Origin: Eubacteriales bacterium
GTDB taxonomy: Bacteria; Bacillota; Clostridia; Oscillospirales; CAG-272
DNA length: 64,000 bases
Assembly (NCBI GenBank): GCA_045633005.1
Contig: JAZQXT010000007.1
Span: 62,709 to 126,708 of the forward strand
Reading direction: 5' to 3'
The translations under genes and the position numbers were made by a program. Positions 19,690-28,507 of this stretch are shown here, in pieces; position 1 is the first letter of the stretch; each line of letters begins with the position of its first letter. The notes under the pieces are model-generated. The model was not told the origin of the DNA and ran no database searches. It saw only the letters and a program-made list of their open reading frames with translations.

Positions 19690-21547
19690 TAACAAGAATA
19701 CCGCCCCGCAAAAGCCGCAGATAGATTTTCGCCCGGGTGGCGGCGGCCCTCGCAATATGAACGCGCGTATAAACGGCGAAAAGCCGAAGAATACGCTTAA
19801 GACTCTCGGCAGACTTTTCAAGTACATAGGCAAGAGCAAATACGTGCTTTACGCCCTTATCTGTATTACTCTCCTTATCACAGCGGCAGACCTGCTTTCG
19901 CCCGTGATGCAACAAAAGGCAATAGACACCATCAAGGTGGTGGACGGCAAACTCAGCGTTGATTTTTCAAAAATGACGTTTTTCCTTGCCGTAATGATAG
20001 TTATTTACGCCGTCAATTCCGCCTTTGCGCTGACGCAGGGGCGTATCTCGGCAAAGCTTTCGCAAAGCACCATATACGCTATGCGCCGCGAGCTTTTTGC
20101 CAAGATATCCCGACTGCCCATCAGCTATACCGACACGCACCGCCACGGCGATATAATGAGCCGAATGACAAACGACGTTGAAAACGTGTCCACCGCAATA
20201 TCGCAGGCATTGACCTCACTCTTGTCGGCAATACTTACTCTTGCGGGCGCACTTTCGATGATGCTTTATTACAGCCCGATAATGACGCTCGTTGCGCTCG
20301 TTACCATACCGCTTACGATATGCGTTTCCACGAATCTTGCGAAATTTATGCGCAAATACTTCGTTCGCCGCCAAAAGCTTCTCGGCAGACTTAACGGTCA
20401 GGTCGAGGAGACCGTAACGGGCTACAAAACGGTAGTTGCCTACGGCAAGGAGGACGATTCCGTAGCGGCGTTTGGCGAGATATCGGAGGAATTCCGCAAA
20501 TGCTCAATAAGCGCGCGCGTTTGGGGCTCGATAATGGGACCCGTAATGAACTTTATCGGTAATCTTCAATACGTGCTGATAGCCGCAACGGGCGGATATC
20601 TCGTAATAAACGGCATCGGCGGGCTCAGCGTCGGTAGCATTCAGGCGATGTTACAGTACTCCAAAAAATTCTCACAGCCGATAAATCAGATAGCAAATCA
20701 GTATTCCACCGTGCTTACCGCGCTTGCGGGTGCGGAACGCATTTTTGCGATGCTTGACAGCCCCGACGAGATAGACGATGGTAAGCTTGACGTGAAAAAC
20801 GAGGATATCAAGGGCGATATCGCGTTTGAAAATATTGATTTTTCCTACGTCGAGGGCGAGAGGGTGCTTCGCGGCTTTGACCTCAAGGTCAAGGCGGGGC
20901 AAATGATCGCACTCGTCGGCGCGACGGGTTCGGGAAAGACTACCGTAGTTAATCTGCTTACGCGCTTTTACGAGCTTGACGGCGGCAGAATAACCATCGA
21001 CGGCGTGGATATCAAGGATATCCCGAAGGAAAAGCTCCGCTCCGCTATCGGCATTGTGCTTCAGGACACGGTGCTGTTCTCCGACACGATAGCGAACAAT
21101 ATCCGCTACGGAAAGACGGATGCGACGGACGAGGAGCTTCGCCGCGCGGCGCATACCGCAAAGGCTGACGGCTTTATCGACCGCTTGCCCGACGGATACG
21201 AGACCGTGCTTGCCGAGGCGGGCAGTAATCTTTCGCAGGGACAGCGCCAGCTTCTTGCTATCGCCCGCGCCGTGCTTGCCGACCCGCGCATACTGATACT
21301 TGACGAGGCAACAAGCTCCGTTGATACGCGCACGGAAATGCAGATACAAAGCGCGATGGTCGCGCTTATGAAAAACCGCACCTCGCTTATCATAGCCCAC
21401 CGTCTGTCGACCATTCGCGGTGCGGACGTTATCGTGGTGCTCGATAAGGGCAGGATAGTCGAGGCGGGAAGCCACGACGAGCTTCTTGCCGCGGGCGGAG
21501 AATACTGCAAGCTGTATAAAAATCAGTTTGCGGGAATTGCAACGTGA
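19676..21547 (+). CDS. ABC multidrug-type exporter, permease/ATPase subunit B
   Basis: Walker A GATGSGKTT, signature LSQGQRQ, Walker B ILILDEATSSVD. Start taken at ATG 19676, which overlaps the upstream stop. Confidence 0.92.
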   Translation: MAERDNKNTAPQKPQIDFRPGGGGPRNMNARINGEKPKNTLKTLGRLFKYIGKSKYVLYALICITLLITAADLLSPVMQQKAIDTIKVVDGKLSVDFSKMTFFLAVMIVIYAVNSAFALTQGRISAKLSQSTIYAMRRELFAKISRLPISYTDTHRHGDIMSRMTNDVENVSTAISQALTSLLSAILTLAGALSMMLYYSPIMTLVALVTIPLTICVSTNLAKFMRKYFVRRQKLLGRLNGQVEETVTGYKTVVAYGKEDDSVAAFGEISEEFRKCSISARVWGSIMGPVMNFIGNLQYVLIAATGGYLVINGIGGLSVGSIQAMLQYSKKFSQPINQIANQYSTVLTALAGAERIFAMLDSPDEIDDGKLDVKNEDIKGDIAFENIDFSYVEGERVLRGFDLKVKAGQMIALVGATGSGKTTVVNLLTRFYELDGGRITIDGVDIKDIPKEKLRSAIGIVLQDTVLFSDTIANNIRYGKTDATDEELRRAAHTAKADGFIDRLPDGYETVLAEAGSNLSQGQRQLLAIARAVLADPRILILDEATSSVDTRTEMQIQSAMVALMKNRTSLIIAHRLSTIRGADVIVVLDKGRIVEAGSHDELLAAGGEYCKLYKNQFAGIAT

Positions 21548-22320
21548 TGCTGTGCCGCGACGATATTGAGCGCTTTGCGCGGGTGTGCCGCGAGGTAACG
21601 GCAACGCCCCTGCCAAGCGACAGAGCCTACGAGGGTGAGATAGGAACGTACAACGAAAAAAGAATGCATATGATCCTCAAACGCTTCGTGTGCGAGGACG
21701 AGTCCACCCACGAAATACCCGTCGGCAAAAGATATATCGCAGATATATTATGCGACGGCGAGATATACGAAATACAAACCGGCTCGCTCCTTCCGCTAAA
21801 GAAAAAGCTGGCGTATTATATCGAAAATACCGATTATCACGTCACCGTGGTGCATCCCGTCGCCGTCGAAAAGCGCAAGATATGGATAGATACCGAAAGC
21901 GGCGAGTCCCACCCAACGCGCAAGAGCCGCGGGTGCGTGCAGGACGAGACGGCAGAGCTTGTCTATATATCCGAGCTTATAGCGTCGGGGCGCGTTTCGG
22001 TGTGGCTTCTTCTCATCGGAGAGGAGGAATACCGCTTCCTTGACGGCTGGAGCCGCGACAAAAAGCGCGGCTCAAACCGCTACGAAAGACTGCCCACCGA
22101 GATATTTGACGAGATAGCGCTCAACGCTCCCGAGGATTACGCCGTGCTTTTGCCCGACGGACTTCCCGAGTGCTTTACCGCCGCCGAATACGCGCGGGCG
22201 GCAAAGCAGAGAATGGGCAGGCGAGTGTATATGGCACTTGCCGCGCTTACGAACGTCGGAGTGCTTGAAAACGCGCCAAAGCGCGGCAGAGCGTCCGTCT
22301 GGAAGCGACGGACGTATTGA
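21544..22320 (+). CDS. Hypothetical protein with a possible PD-(D/E)xK / CoiA-like nuclease core
   Basis: Start codons GTG/ATG overlap the ABC stop (GTGATG). Segment YIADILCDGEIYEIQTGSLLPLKKKL resembles a D...E-x-Q...K nuclease motif. No family confidently recognised. Confidence 0.45.
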   Translation: MMLCRDDIERFARVCREVTATPLPSDRAYEGEIGTYNEKRMHMILKRFVCEDESTHEIPVGKRYIADILCDGEIYEIQTGSLLPLKKKLAYYIENTDYHVTVVHPVAVEKRKIWIDTESGESHPTRKSRGCVQDETAELVYISELIASGRVSVWLLLIGEEEYRFLDGWSRDKKRGSNRYERLPTEIFDEIALNAPEDYAVLLPDGLPECFTAAEYARAAKQRMGRRVYMALAALTNVGVLENAPKRGRASVWKRRTY

Positions 22321-22345
22321 CAAAAGCGCGGATACAAGGTATAAT
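22317..22345 (+). promoter_or_regulatory. Sigma-A-type promoter for the PFK gene
   Basis: TTGACA-N17-TATAAT. Confidence 0.6.
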
Positions 22346-22376
22346 AGAATAAAATCATTTTGATAAGGGGATAAAT

Positions 22377-23615
22377 ATGAAAAAGCTTTACGGAAATGCA
22401 ATAGTAGGACAGTCGGGCGGCCCTACCGCCGCGATAAACGCAACCCTTGCGGGTGTCGTCAGGGGCGCGCTTGCGTCCGACGCGATAAAGACTCTTTACG
22501 GTATGAGAAACGGAGTCGAGGGACTTCTTAAGGAAAATATCGTAAACCTTTCCGAAATATTTGCAGACGAAGGAAAAATAGATATTCTTGAGCATACGCC
22601 CGCGGCGGCTCTCGGCTCTTGCCGCAAAAAGCTCCCCACCGTCGGTGCCGACGGGGCAGAGCAGACCTACGCCGCGCTTCTTGAAATTTTCAAAAAATAC
22701 GATATCAGATATTTCTTCTATATCGGCGGCAACGATTCTATGGACACCGTTGCCAAGCTTTCCGAATACACGAAGGGTCACGACTACGAGATGTGCATTA
22801 TGGGCGTGCCCAAGACCATAGACAACGACCTCGTTCTGACCGACCACACCCCTGGCTTTGGCTCTGCCGCAAAGTATATCGCGGTAACTATGCAGGAGAT
22901 AATCCGCGATTGCGCGGTATACACCACGAAGGCGGTCACTATCGTTGAGATCATGGGACGTGACGCAGGCTGGCTCACCGCCGCCTCCGCAATCGGCAGA
23001 GTGGTAAACGGCGTCGCTCCCGATTACGTTTACCTTCCCGAAAGAAATTTCGATATGGACGCATTCTTTGAGGACGTAAATGCGGCGCTTGAGCGCCACC
23101 CCAACGTCGTTATCGCCGTTTCCGAGGGCGTGCGCTTTGCCGACGGCAGATACGTCTGCGAGGGCGTTGACGTTGGTACTACCGACGTTTTCGGTCACAA
23201 GCAGCTTTCGGGTACGGGCAAGGCACTTGAGCTTGCAGTAAGAGAAAAGCTCGGCTGTAAAGTTCGCTCCGTGGAGCTTAATATCTCACAGCGTTGCGCC
23301 GCGCACATCGCCTCGGCGCAGGATATTACCGAGTCGGTTGCCGTAGGTAAGGCGGCAGTTGCCGCCGCTACCGAGGGAGTTACGCGCGAGATGATGACTA
23401 TCGTAAGGGAAAATAAGGGCGGCGAGTACGCATTCAGCGTAGGTCACGCCGACGTTTCCGAGATAGCAAACAAGATAAAGCACGTTTACCCCGAATTCAT
23501 TAACGAGCGTGGCAACGACGTTACCGACGAGTGCTGTCGTTATCTGCTTCCGCTCATCAAGGGCGAGGCAACGCCGAGCTACACCGACGGTATCCCGAAC
23601 TTTTTCGTTATTTAA
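22377..23615 (+). CDS. pfp: Phosphofructokinase, predicted pyrophosphate-dependent (PPi-PFK)
   Basis: PFK motifs GQSGGPTAAINA, YIGGNDSMDT, GVPKTIDND, MGRDAGWL. Asp in GGNDS and Lys in PKTIDND are the residues associated with PPi rather than ATP use. Confidence 0.8.
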   Translation: MKKLYGNAIVGQSGGPTAAINATLAGVVRGALASDAIKTLYGMRNGVEGLLKENIVNLSEIFADEGKIDILEHTPAAALGSCRKKLPTVGADGAEQTYAALLEIFKKYDIRYFFYIGGNDSMDTVAKLSEYTKGHDYEMCIMGVPKTIDNDLVLTDHTPGFGSAAKYIAVTMQEIIRDCAVYTTKAVTIVEIMGRDAGWLTAASAIGRVVNGVAPDYVYLPERNFDMDAFFEDVNAALERHPNVVIAVSEGVRFADGRYVCEGVDVGTTDVFGHKQLSGTGKALELAVREKLGCKVRSVELNISQRCAAHIASAQDITESVAVGKAAVAAATEGVTREMMTIVRENKGGEYAFSVGHADVSEIANKIKHVYPEFINERGNDVTDECCRYLLPLIKGEATPSYTDGIPNFFVI

Positions 23616-23624
23616 GGAGTAGAT

Positions 23625-24392
23625 ATGAAAATTGCCGTTTTCACGGGCGCGTCGTCGGGTATGGGGCGCGAGTTCGTCCGCAGAATATGCGCCGACGAGC
23701 ATTTTGACGAGGTTTGGCTCATCGCGCGCCGCCTCGAAAGGCTTGATTCTCTTGCGGGTGAGCTTAACGGAGTCAAGGCGAGGCTTTTGTCACTTGACCT
23801 TATGAAGAAAGAAGCGCTTGACGAGTACAAGTCGCTTCTTGAAGCAGAAAAGCCCGACGTTGCCGTGCTTGTCAACGCGGCGGGCTTTGGACTTTTCGGC
23901 GGATTTCGTGAAATGGAGCTTGAGCGTCAGCTCGATATGATAGAGCTTAACAGCCGTGCGCTCACGGCGATGACGTATCTCACCCTGCCGTATATGAACG
24001 ACGGCGGCAGGATATATCAGCTCGGCTCGCTTTCCGCATTTCAGCCCGTTCCCTTTATCGGAGTTTACGCCGCGTCAAAGGCGTACGTGCTCAGCTTCAC
24101 GCGCGCCGTCAACCGCGAGCTTAAGTCACAGCGCCGCGGCATTCGTATGATGGCGGTGTGCCCCGGTTGGGTAAAGACCGAGTTTTTCGACCACGCCGTC
24201 CACGACGATACCGTGACGTATTATAACCGCATTTATACCGCAGAGCAGGTGGTAAGCCGCGCTATGCGCGATATGAAAAAGGGCAAGGACGTGTCCATTT
24301 GCGGTAAACAGATAAGAGCGCAGGTGCGCCTTACCAAGCTTTTGCCGCATAAGCTGGTTATGAATATCTGGTGCAAGCAGCAGAAGAAATAA
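23625..24392 (+). CDS. Short-chain dehydrogenase/reductase (SDR)
   Basis: TGASSGMG cofactor motif and YAASKAYV catalytic motif. Confidence 0.9.
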   Translation: MKIAVFTGASSGMGREFVRRICADEHFDEVWLIARRLERLDSLAGELNGVKARLLSLDLMKKEALDEYKSLLEAEKPDVAVLVNAAGFGLFGGFREMELERQLDMIELNSRALTAMTYLTLPYMNDGGRIYQLGSLSAFQPVPFIGVYAASKAYVLSFTRAVNRELKSQRRGIRMMAVCPGWVKTEFFDHAVHDDTVTYYNRIYTAEQVVSRAMRDMKKGKDVSICGKQIRAQVRLTKLLPHKLVMNIWCKQQKK

Positions 24393-24418
24393 GCGTAGTG
24401 TCCGTGCGGACACTACGC
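24393..24418 (+). terminator. Hairpin directly after the SDR stop (no U-tract)
   Basis: gcgtagtgtccg / cggacactacgc 12-nt perfect arms. Not followed by a T-run, so terminator function is uncertain. Confidence 0.4.
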
Positions 24419-24450
24419 ATCGATATAAATCCGCTAACGCGGATTTATAT

Positions 24451-24534
24451 CATATCGAGTTTGAGCGAAGCGAAAACATATCGAATTTGCCGTAAGGCAA
24501 ATATATCGAGCCGAGCGAGAGCGAGGCATATCGA
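24451..24534. repeat. Degenerate ~26-bp tandem repeat, about 3.3 copies, each starting (C/T)ATATCGA
   Basis: CATATCGA at 24451, 24477 and 24527, and TATATCGA at 24502. Spacers are related (tttgagcgaagcgaaaa / ccgagcgagagcgagg) or self-complementary (atttgcc gtaa ggcaaat). Confidence 0.7.
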
Positions 24535-24709
24535 CATAACAAGCACCGCTTCCGCGTACGTGGATGCGGTGCTTGTTAATAAAGGGGCTGTCTCAGTTAG
24601 ATGCAGAAGTCGCGATTTTGCCGTCGTCGGCGTACGAGGGTACGCCAGATGGCAAAAGCGCGGCTAAAAAATACGTATAAAAAATCGAAATCCGTGAGGA
24701 TTTCTACCT

Positions 24710-24757
24710 AAAAGACCGCTTTCTTCATCCTTTTGGACGAAAAAAACGGTCTTTTTT
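24710..24757. terminator. Bidirectional terminator-like hairpin downstream of addA
   Basis: aaaagaccg / cggtctttt stem flanked by A- and T-runs, with a long 28-nt loop. Confidence 0.5.
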
Positions 24758-24880
24758 CTTTACTTATTTTTGTATTTTTGTTCTGCGCTAAATGAGGCAG
24801 CCCCTTTTATATCGTCAGCGAACGTGTTTTTGGTTTTACCTAACTTATCCTTTAGAGTGCGCTCTATCGAAATCAGCTTT

Positions 24881-27800
24881 TTATATAACGTCAAATGCGC
24901 AACCCGCGTGGAGCGAGAAGATGCACACTCTGTCGGGGCGGCGGCCCATAATGCGCTCAAGCGCGAGCGAGTAGTAGCCAAGCTGCTCGCCGTGTCGCTC
25001 CGTAAGCGTTTTCCTTGCAAGCTCGCCGTCCTTTAGCTCCTCGCGCGTAAGGCGGTCGGTCTTGTAATCGCAAAGGACTAGCCTTCCGTCCGCATCTATG
25101 AAGAACAAGTCGATAACACCCTGAACGAGCAAGCGCTCACCGTCTATCTCGCGCGAAAATTCGGGTGATGAGGTGAAATCCTTTGCATCGAGAAATACGT
25201 TGAATCTCTGCTCGCGGTATACACGTTGCGCCGCGAGAAGCTCACTCATAAGAGTGCTTCGTGCAAACGCCGCGACCTCGTCTATGCGGATAATATCAGC
25301 CGCGCTCTGCGGTATGAAGCCCTCGGCAAGCAGTCGGTCAGCCTCGCGGCGCACCGACTCCTCGCTTTTGTCAAGGCGCGAGAAATCGCAGAACTGCATA
25401 AATAGGTGCGTTGCCGTGCCACGCTCGGCGGCATCGTTCCCGCCGCCCATAAATCGCGGCGTTCTCGGCTCGCTCTCCTCGACCTTGCGAAGCAGCTCGG
25501 CGGTGTCGTCCGTCTGGTCAAGCGCTTCGGGATAAAGGCGCGAAACGGAGAGCTTTGCGGGTATCTGCGATATCGCGGTGTGCGGATATGCGTATTCAAG
25601 TCGGCGGCAAAGCTCTTGTCTTATAGGCTCTATCTCCGCGTCGCTTATCTCGCGGGGGATAGCGGCTTCGGGGGCGGCGTCTTCCGTTTGCTCGTTCTGA
25701 ATCTGCTTGATGGTATAGCTTCCAAGCCCGCGTCCCGCTTCAAGCGCAAGCATTATCCACGCAAAGAGCGAGCGTTTTTCCGTGATAGCGGTCCTGCCGC
25801 CGAGTGCGGCGCGGCGCTTTGCAGCCGAGCGGGTGGATTCCAAAAAGTCCTTGCCGCCCGATGCCGTGATATACAGCATATCTCTTGCGCGTGTAAGCGC
25901 GACGTAAAGGATGCGAATCGCCTCGTCAACGCCGCGAGAGTCTATTTTTTCAGCCGCCGCAAGCCTTGTCGGCGTGTCAAACGTGCCAAAGCCCGATACG
26001 TCACCGAGCTTGGTCGCAATGCCCACGTCATCGTCTGCGGTAAAGAGTATTGACGGCGTGCTGTCGCGCCGCGACAGCGTGCTTGCCGTGTTTATAAAGA
26101 ACACGATGGGGAATTCAAGTCCCTTCGACTTATGCACCGACATAATGTTTACCGTGTTTTCGTCGCTTATATCCTCGGTCTTTACCTCGGTGTCGTTTTC
26201 GATAATGCCGTAGACGTAGTCAACGAAATCGTGCAGGCTTTTGTACGCCGAAGCCTCGTATTTTCTTGCGTACTCGTAGAGCTGTTGCAGATTTTTACGT
26301 CTTTCTGCGGGTGTGCGCTTGCGCGATTCGGGTGACGAGCCTGCGTATATCAACGCCCCCGTGTCCTGCCAGAGATATTTGATAAATCTGTGTACGGGCA
26401 TCGACTCGGCACTAAGGCGATAGCCCTCAAGCCTTTGGCTTGCCGCAAGGCAACGAGCCGTCAGCTCGCCGTCGGGGTTATCCGCGGCGTATTCGAGCAT
26501 CGCGTCGTAAAGCGAGGTGTCATTTCTGCCAAGGCGTATTTTTACAAGGTCGGAAAGGGAAAAATTGAATATAGGCGAGCGAAGCGCCCCCGCAAGCGCA
26601 AGGTCGCGCCTCGGGTTATCGCAAGCGGAGAGAAGCGAGAGCATCAAAAGCACCTCGGCGTTTTCAAAAAGTCCGCTTCCTACGCTGTTGGCGTAGCGTA
26701 TGCCCTCGCGTGCGAGTGCCTCCGCCATTTTCGTGCAGGTGGAGTTGGAGCGCGCAAGCACCGCGATGTCGCAGGGTCTTATTTTTTTGCCGTCGGGCAG
26801 ATATCCGTGCGCCACGAGCTGTTTTATCTCGGAAATAACGAAGGCTATCTCCGCCTCAAGTCCCGTACTGCTTTCCTCATCGGCGGCTTCGGCGTCCTCA
26901 GCGCTGTCATCTGTTTTTTTCTTTTCGCGCTCCGCCACGGCAATGCACACGGGCAGGTCGCCGCCCGCGCCGCGCGAGAAGCGCAGGTCGTCCTCGGACA
27001 GATAGCCGATACCCGCATCTGACACGCCCTTTTCGGATTCGCAAAACAGGTACGAGCAAACGCCGTTGGTAAAGTCTATTACGTTTTTGGAGCAACGGAA
27101 GTTCTCCGACATAAAGAGCGAGCAGGGCGCGCCGCCGTCGGATTTTTCGTCGTACATAGGAAAGCTCGTTCTGTATGCGGCAAACACCGCGGGCTCAGCC
27201 TGACGGAACGAGTAAATACTCTGCTTGATATCACCGACGAGGAAGAGATTGTTGCGGCTTATCGCGCGGAATATCTCGTCCTGAATAACGTCGGTGTCCT
27301 GATATTCATCGACGAAAACATGCGAAAACTTCTTGCTTTCCTCAACGGCAAGGCGCGTCGGCTTGCCGTCCTCGCCTATGAAAAGGCTTCTGACAAATCG
27401 GCGCAGGTCGGAAAACTCGCACACCGAAAGCGCAAGCTTTTCCTCGCGGTAGGCGGCGCTGAAATTGCCCATAAGCTCGGCGAGCATACGGCAGACCCAC
27501 GCGCTTTTTTTCATTATCCACGGCAGGTCATCCTCGTTGAATGCGAAAAATCCGCTCTTTAGCTTAAGTATATAGTCCTTTAGTGCGTCTCTTTCTTCCT
27601 TTACAGCCTCGGTTATATCGTTTTTTCCCTTAACCGAGCCTATTTTCATAGGCTTGTAATCAAGCAGTCGGCAATGCGCGGCGGTGTAGTTCTTGCTTTG
27701 AAGATGCGTAAGTATCTCCTTTAAGCACTCGCAGTCGTCGTTTATTGCGGCGCGGCGCGGCTCTGCTTCGGAGTTTGCGTCAATGAGGCGCAGGGCGGCT

Positions 27801-28495
27801 TCTCCGCGTGCGATATAAGCCGTAACGGCTTCCGTGCAGGTCTTTAGCATCGAGCGTCCCGCGCGGCTTTCGAAAAACGGCAGCTCTGCTTCCTTTTCGT
27901 AAAGCTCGGCGCAATTTTCAAGATATTTTACGCCGTCTGGAACTGCTCCAAGCTTTTCGTAAACGTCAAGGAGCGTTTGGGCAAGCCTTGCGTCGCTTCG
28001 GGCGGTGGTCAGCTCGTCGCAAAACGCGCCGAAGTCCTCGTGCGTGGAGTACGCCCTGTCGATAACGGCGTTCATCAGCGAAAGGCGCATCGGCGCAAGC
28101 TCGCTCTCATCTGCAAGGCGGAAGGATGAGGATATTCCGAGGCGTTGGAAATTCGCGTCAACTATGCTCTTGTAATAGGAGTCGATGGTGCATATCTTCG
28201 CACTTCCCACGGACGTAAGCTGGCGGGAAAGGTGGCGGTTTGAGCGGTCTTGTGCAAGTGCCTCGGTCAGCGCTTTGGTTATCCTTGCTTTAAGCTCGCC
28301 CGCCGCCTTGCGCGTAAAGGTAACTATCAGCATATCGGAAACGTCGGCGGGGGCGTTCTCCTCGGTAAGCAGGGAGATTATTCTTTTTGTCAGCGTGGCA
28401 GTTTTGCCCGAGCCCGCGGCGGCAGAAACGAGAATGCTTCTGTCGCGCAGGTCAACGGCAAGCCGTTGCGCTTTCGTCAGCTTTATTTCACTCAT
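24881..28495 (-). CDS. addA: ATP-dependent helicase/nuclease AddA
   Basis: UvrD-type helicase motifs (AAAGSGKT, FVDEYQDT) and a C-terminal RecB-type nuclease (GVIDLFF...CDYKTD). 1204 aa. Confidence 0.95.
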   Translation of the reverse strand: MSEIKLTKAQRLAVDLRDRSILVSAAAGSGKTATLTKRIISLLTEENAPADVSDMLIVTFTRKAAGELKARITKALTEALAQDRSNRHLSRQLTSVGSAKICTIDSYYKSIVDANFQRLGISSSFRLADESELAPMRLSLMNAVIDRAYSTHEDFGAFCDELTTARSDARLAQTLLDVYEKLGAVPDGVKYLENCAELYEKEAELPFFESRAGRSMLKTCTEAVTAYIARGEAALRLIDANSEAEPRRAAINDDCECLKEILTHLQSKNYTAAHCRLLDYKPMKIGSVKGKNDITEAVKEERDALKDYILKLKSGFFAFNEDDLPWIMKKSAWVCRMLAELMGNFSAAYREEKLALSVCEFSDLRRFVRSLFIGEDGKPTRLAVEESKKFSHVFVDEYQDTDVIQDEIFRAISRNNLFLVGDIKQSIYSFRQAEPAVFAAYRTSFPMYDEKSDGGAPCSLFMSENFRCSKNVIDFTNGVCSYLFCESEKGVSDAGIGYLSEDDLRFSRGAGGDLPVCIAVAEREKKKTDDSAEDAEAADEESSTGLEAEIAFVISEIKQLVAHGYLPDGKKIRPCDIAVLARSNSTCTKMAEALAREGIRYANSVGSGLFENAEVLLMLSLLSACDNPRRDLALAGALRSPIFNFSLSDLVKIRLGRNDTSLYDAMLEYAADNPDGELTARCLAASQRLEGYRLSAESMPVHRFIKYLWQDTGALIYAGSSPESRKRTPAERRKNLQQLYEYARKYEASAYKSLHDFVDYVYGIIENDTEVKTEDISDENTVNIMSVHKSKGLEFPIVFFINTASTLSRRDSTPSILFTADDDVGIATKLGDVSGFGTFDTPTRLAAAEKIDSRGVDEAIRILYVALTRARDMLYITASGGKDFLESTRSAAKRRAALGGRTAITEKRSLFAWIMLALEAGRGLGSYTIKQIQNEQTEDAAPEAAIPREISDAEIEPIRQELCRRLEYAYPHTAISQIPAKLSVSRLYPEALDQTDDTAELLRKVEESEPRTPRFMGGGNDAAERGTATHLFMQFCDFSRLDKSEESVRREADRLLAEGFIPQSAADIIRIDEVAAFARSTLMSELLAAQRVYREQRFNVFLDAKDFTSSPEFSREIDGERLLVQGVIDLFFIDADGRLVLCDYKTDRLTREELKDGELARKTLTERHGEQLGYYSLALERIMGRRPDRVCIFSLHAGCAFDVI

Positions 28496-28507
28496 TTTCT
28501 GCCTCCT

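Noticed and set aside
24451-24534. Periodic repeats that superficially suggest a mini CRISPR array.
   Set aside because: The conserved core is only 8 bp and the period only about 26 bp. There are fewer than 4 units, the spacers are related to each other, and no cas genes are in the window.
24371-24667. A 98-aa ORF across the hairpin-rich intergenic region. It contains a 37-codon, highly basic mini-ORF (ATG 24601, MQKSRFCRRRRTRVRQ...).
   Set aside because: It has no SD at a sensible distance. The reading frame runs straight through perfect palindromes, and the basic residues derive from CGN-rich stems. It is more likely non-coding.
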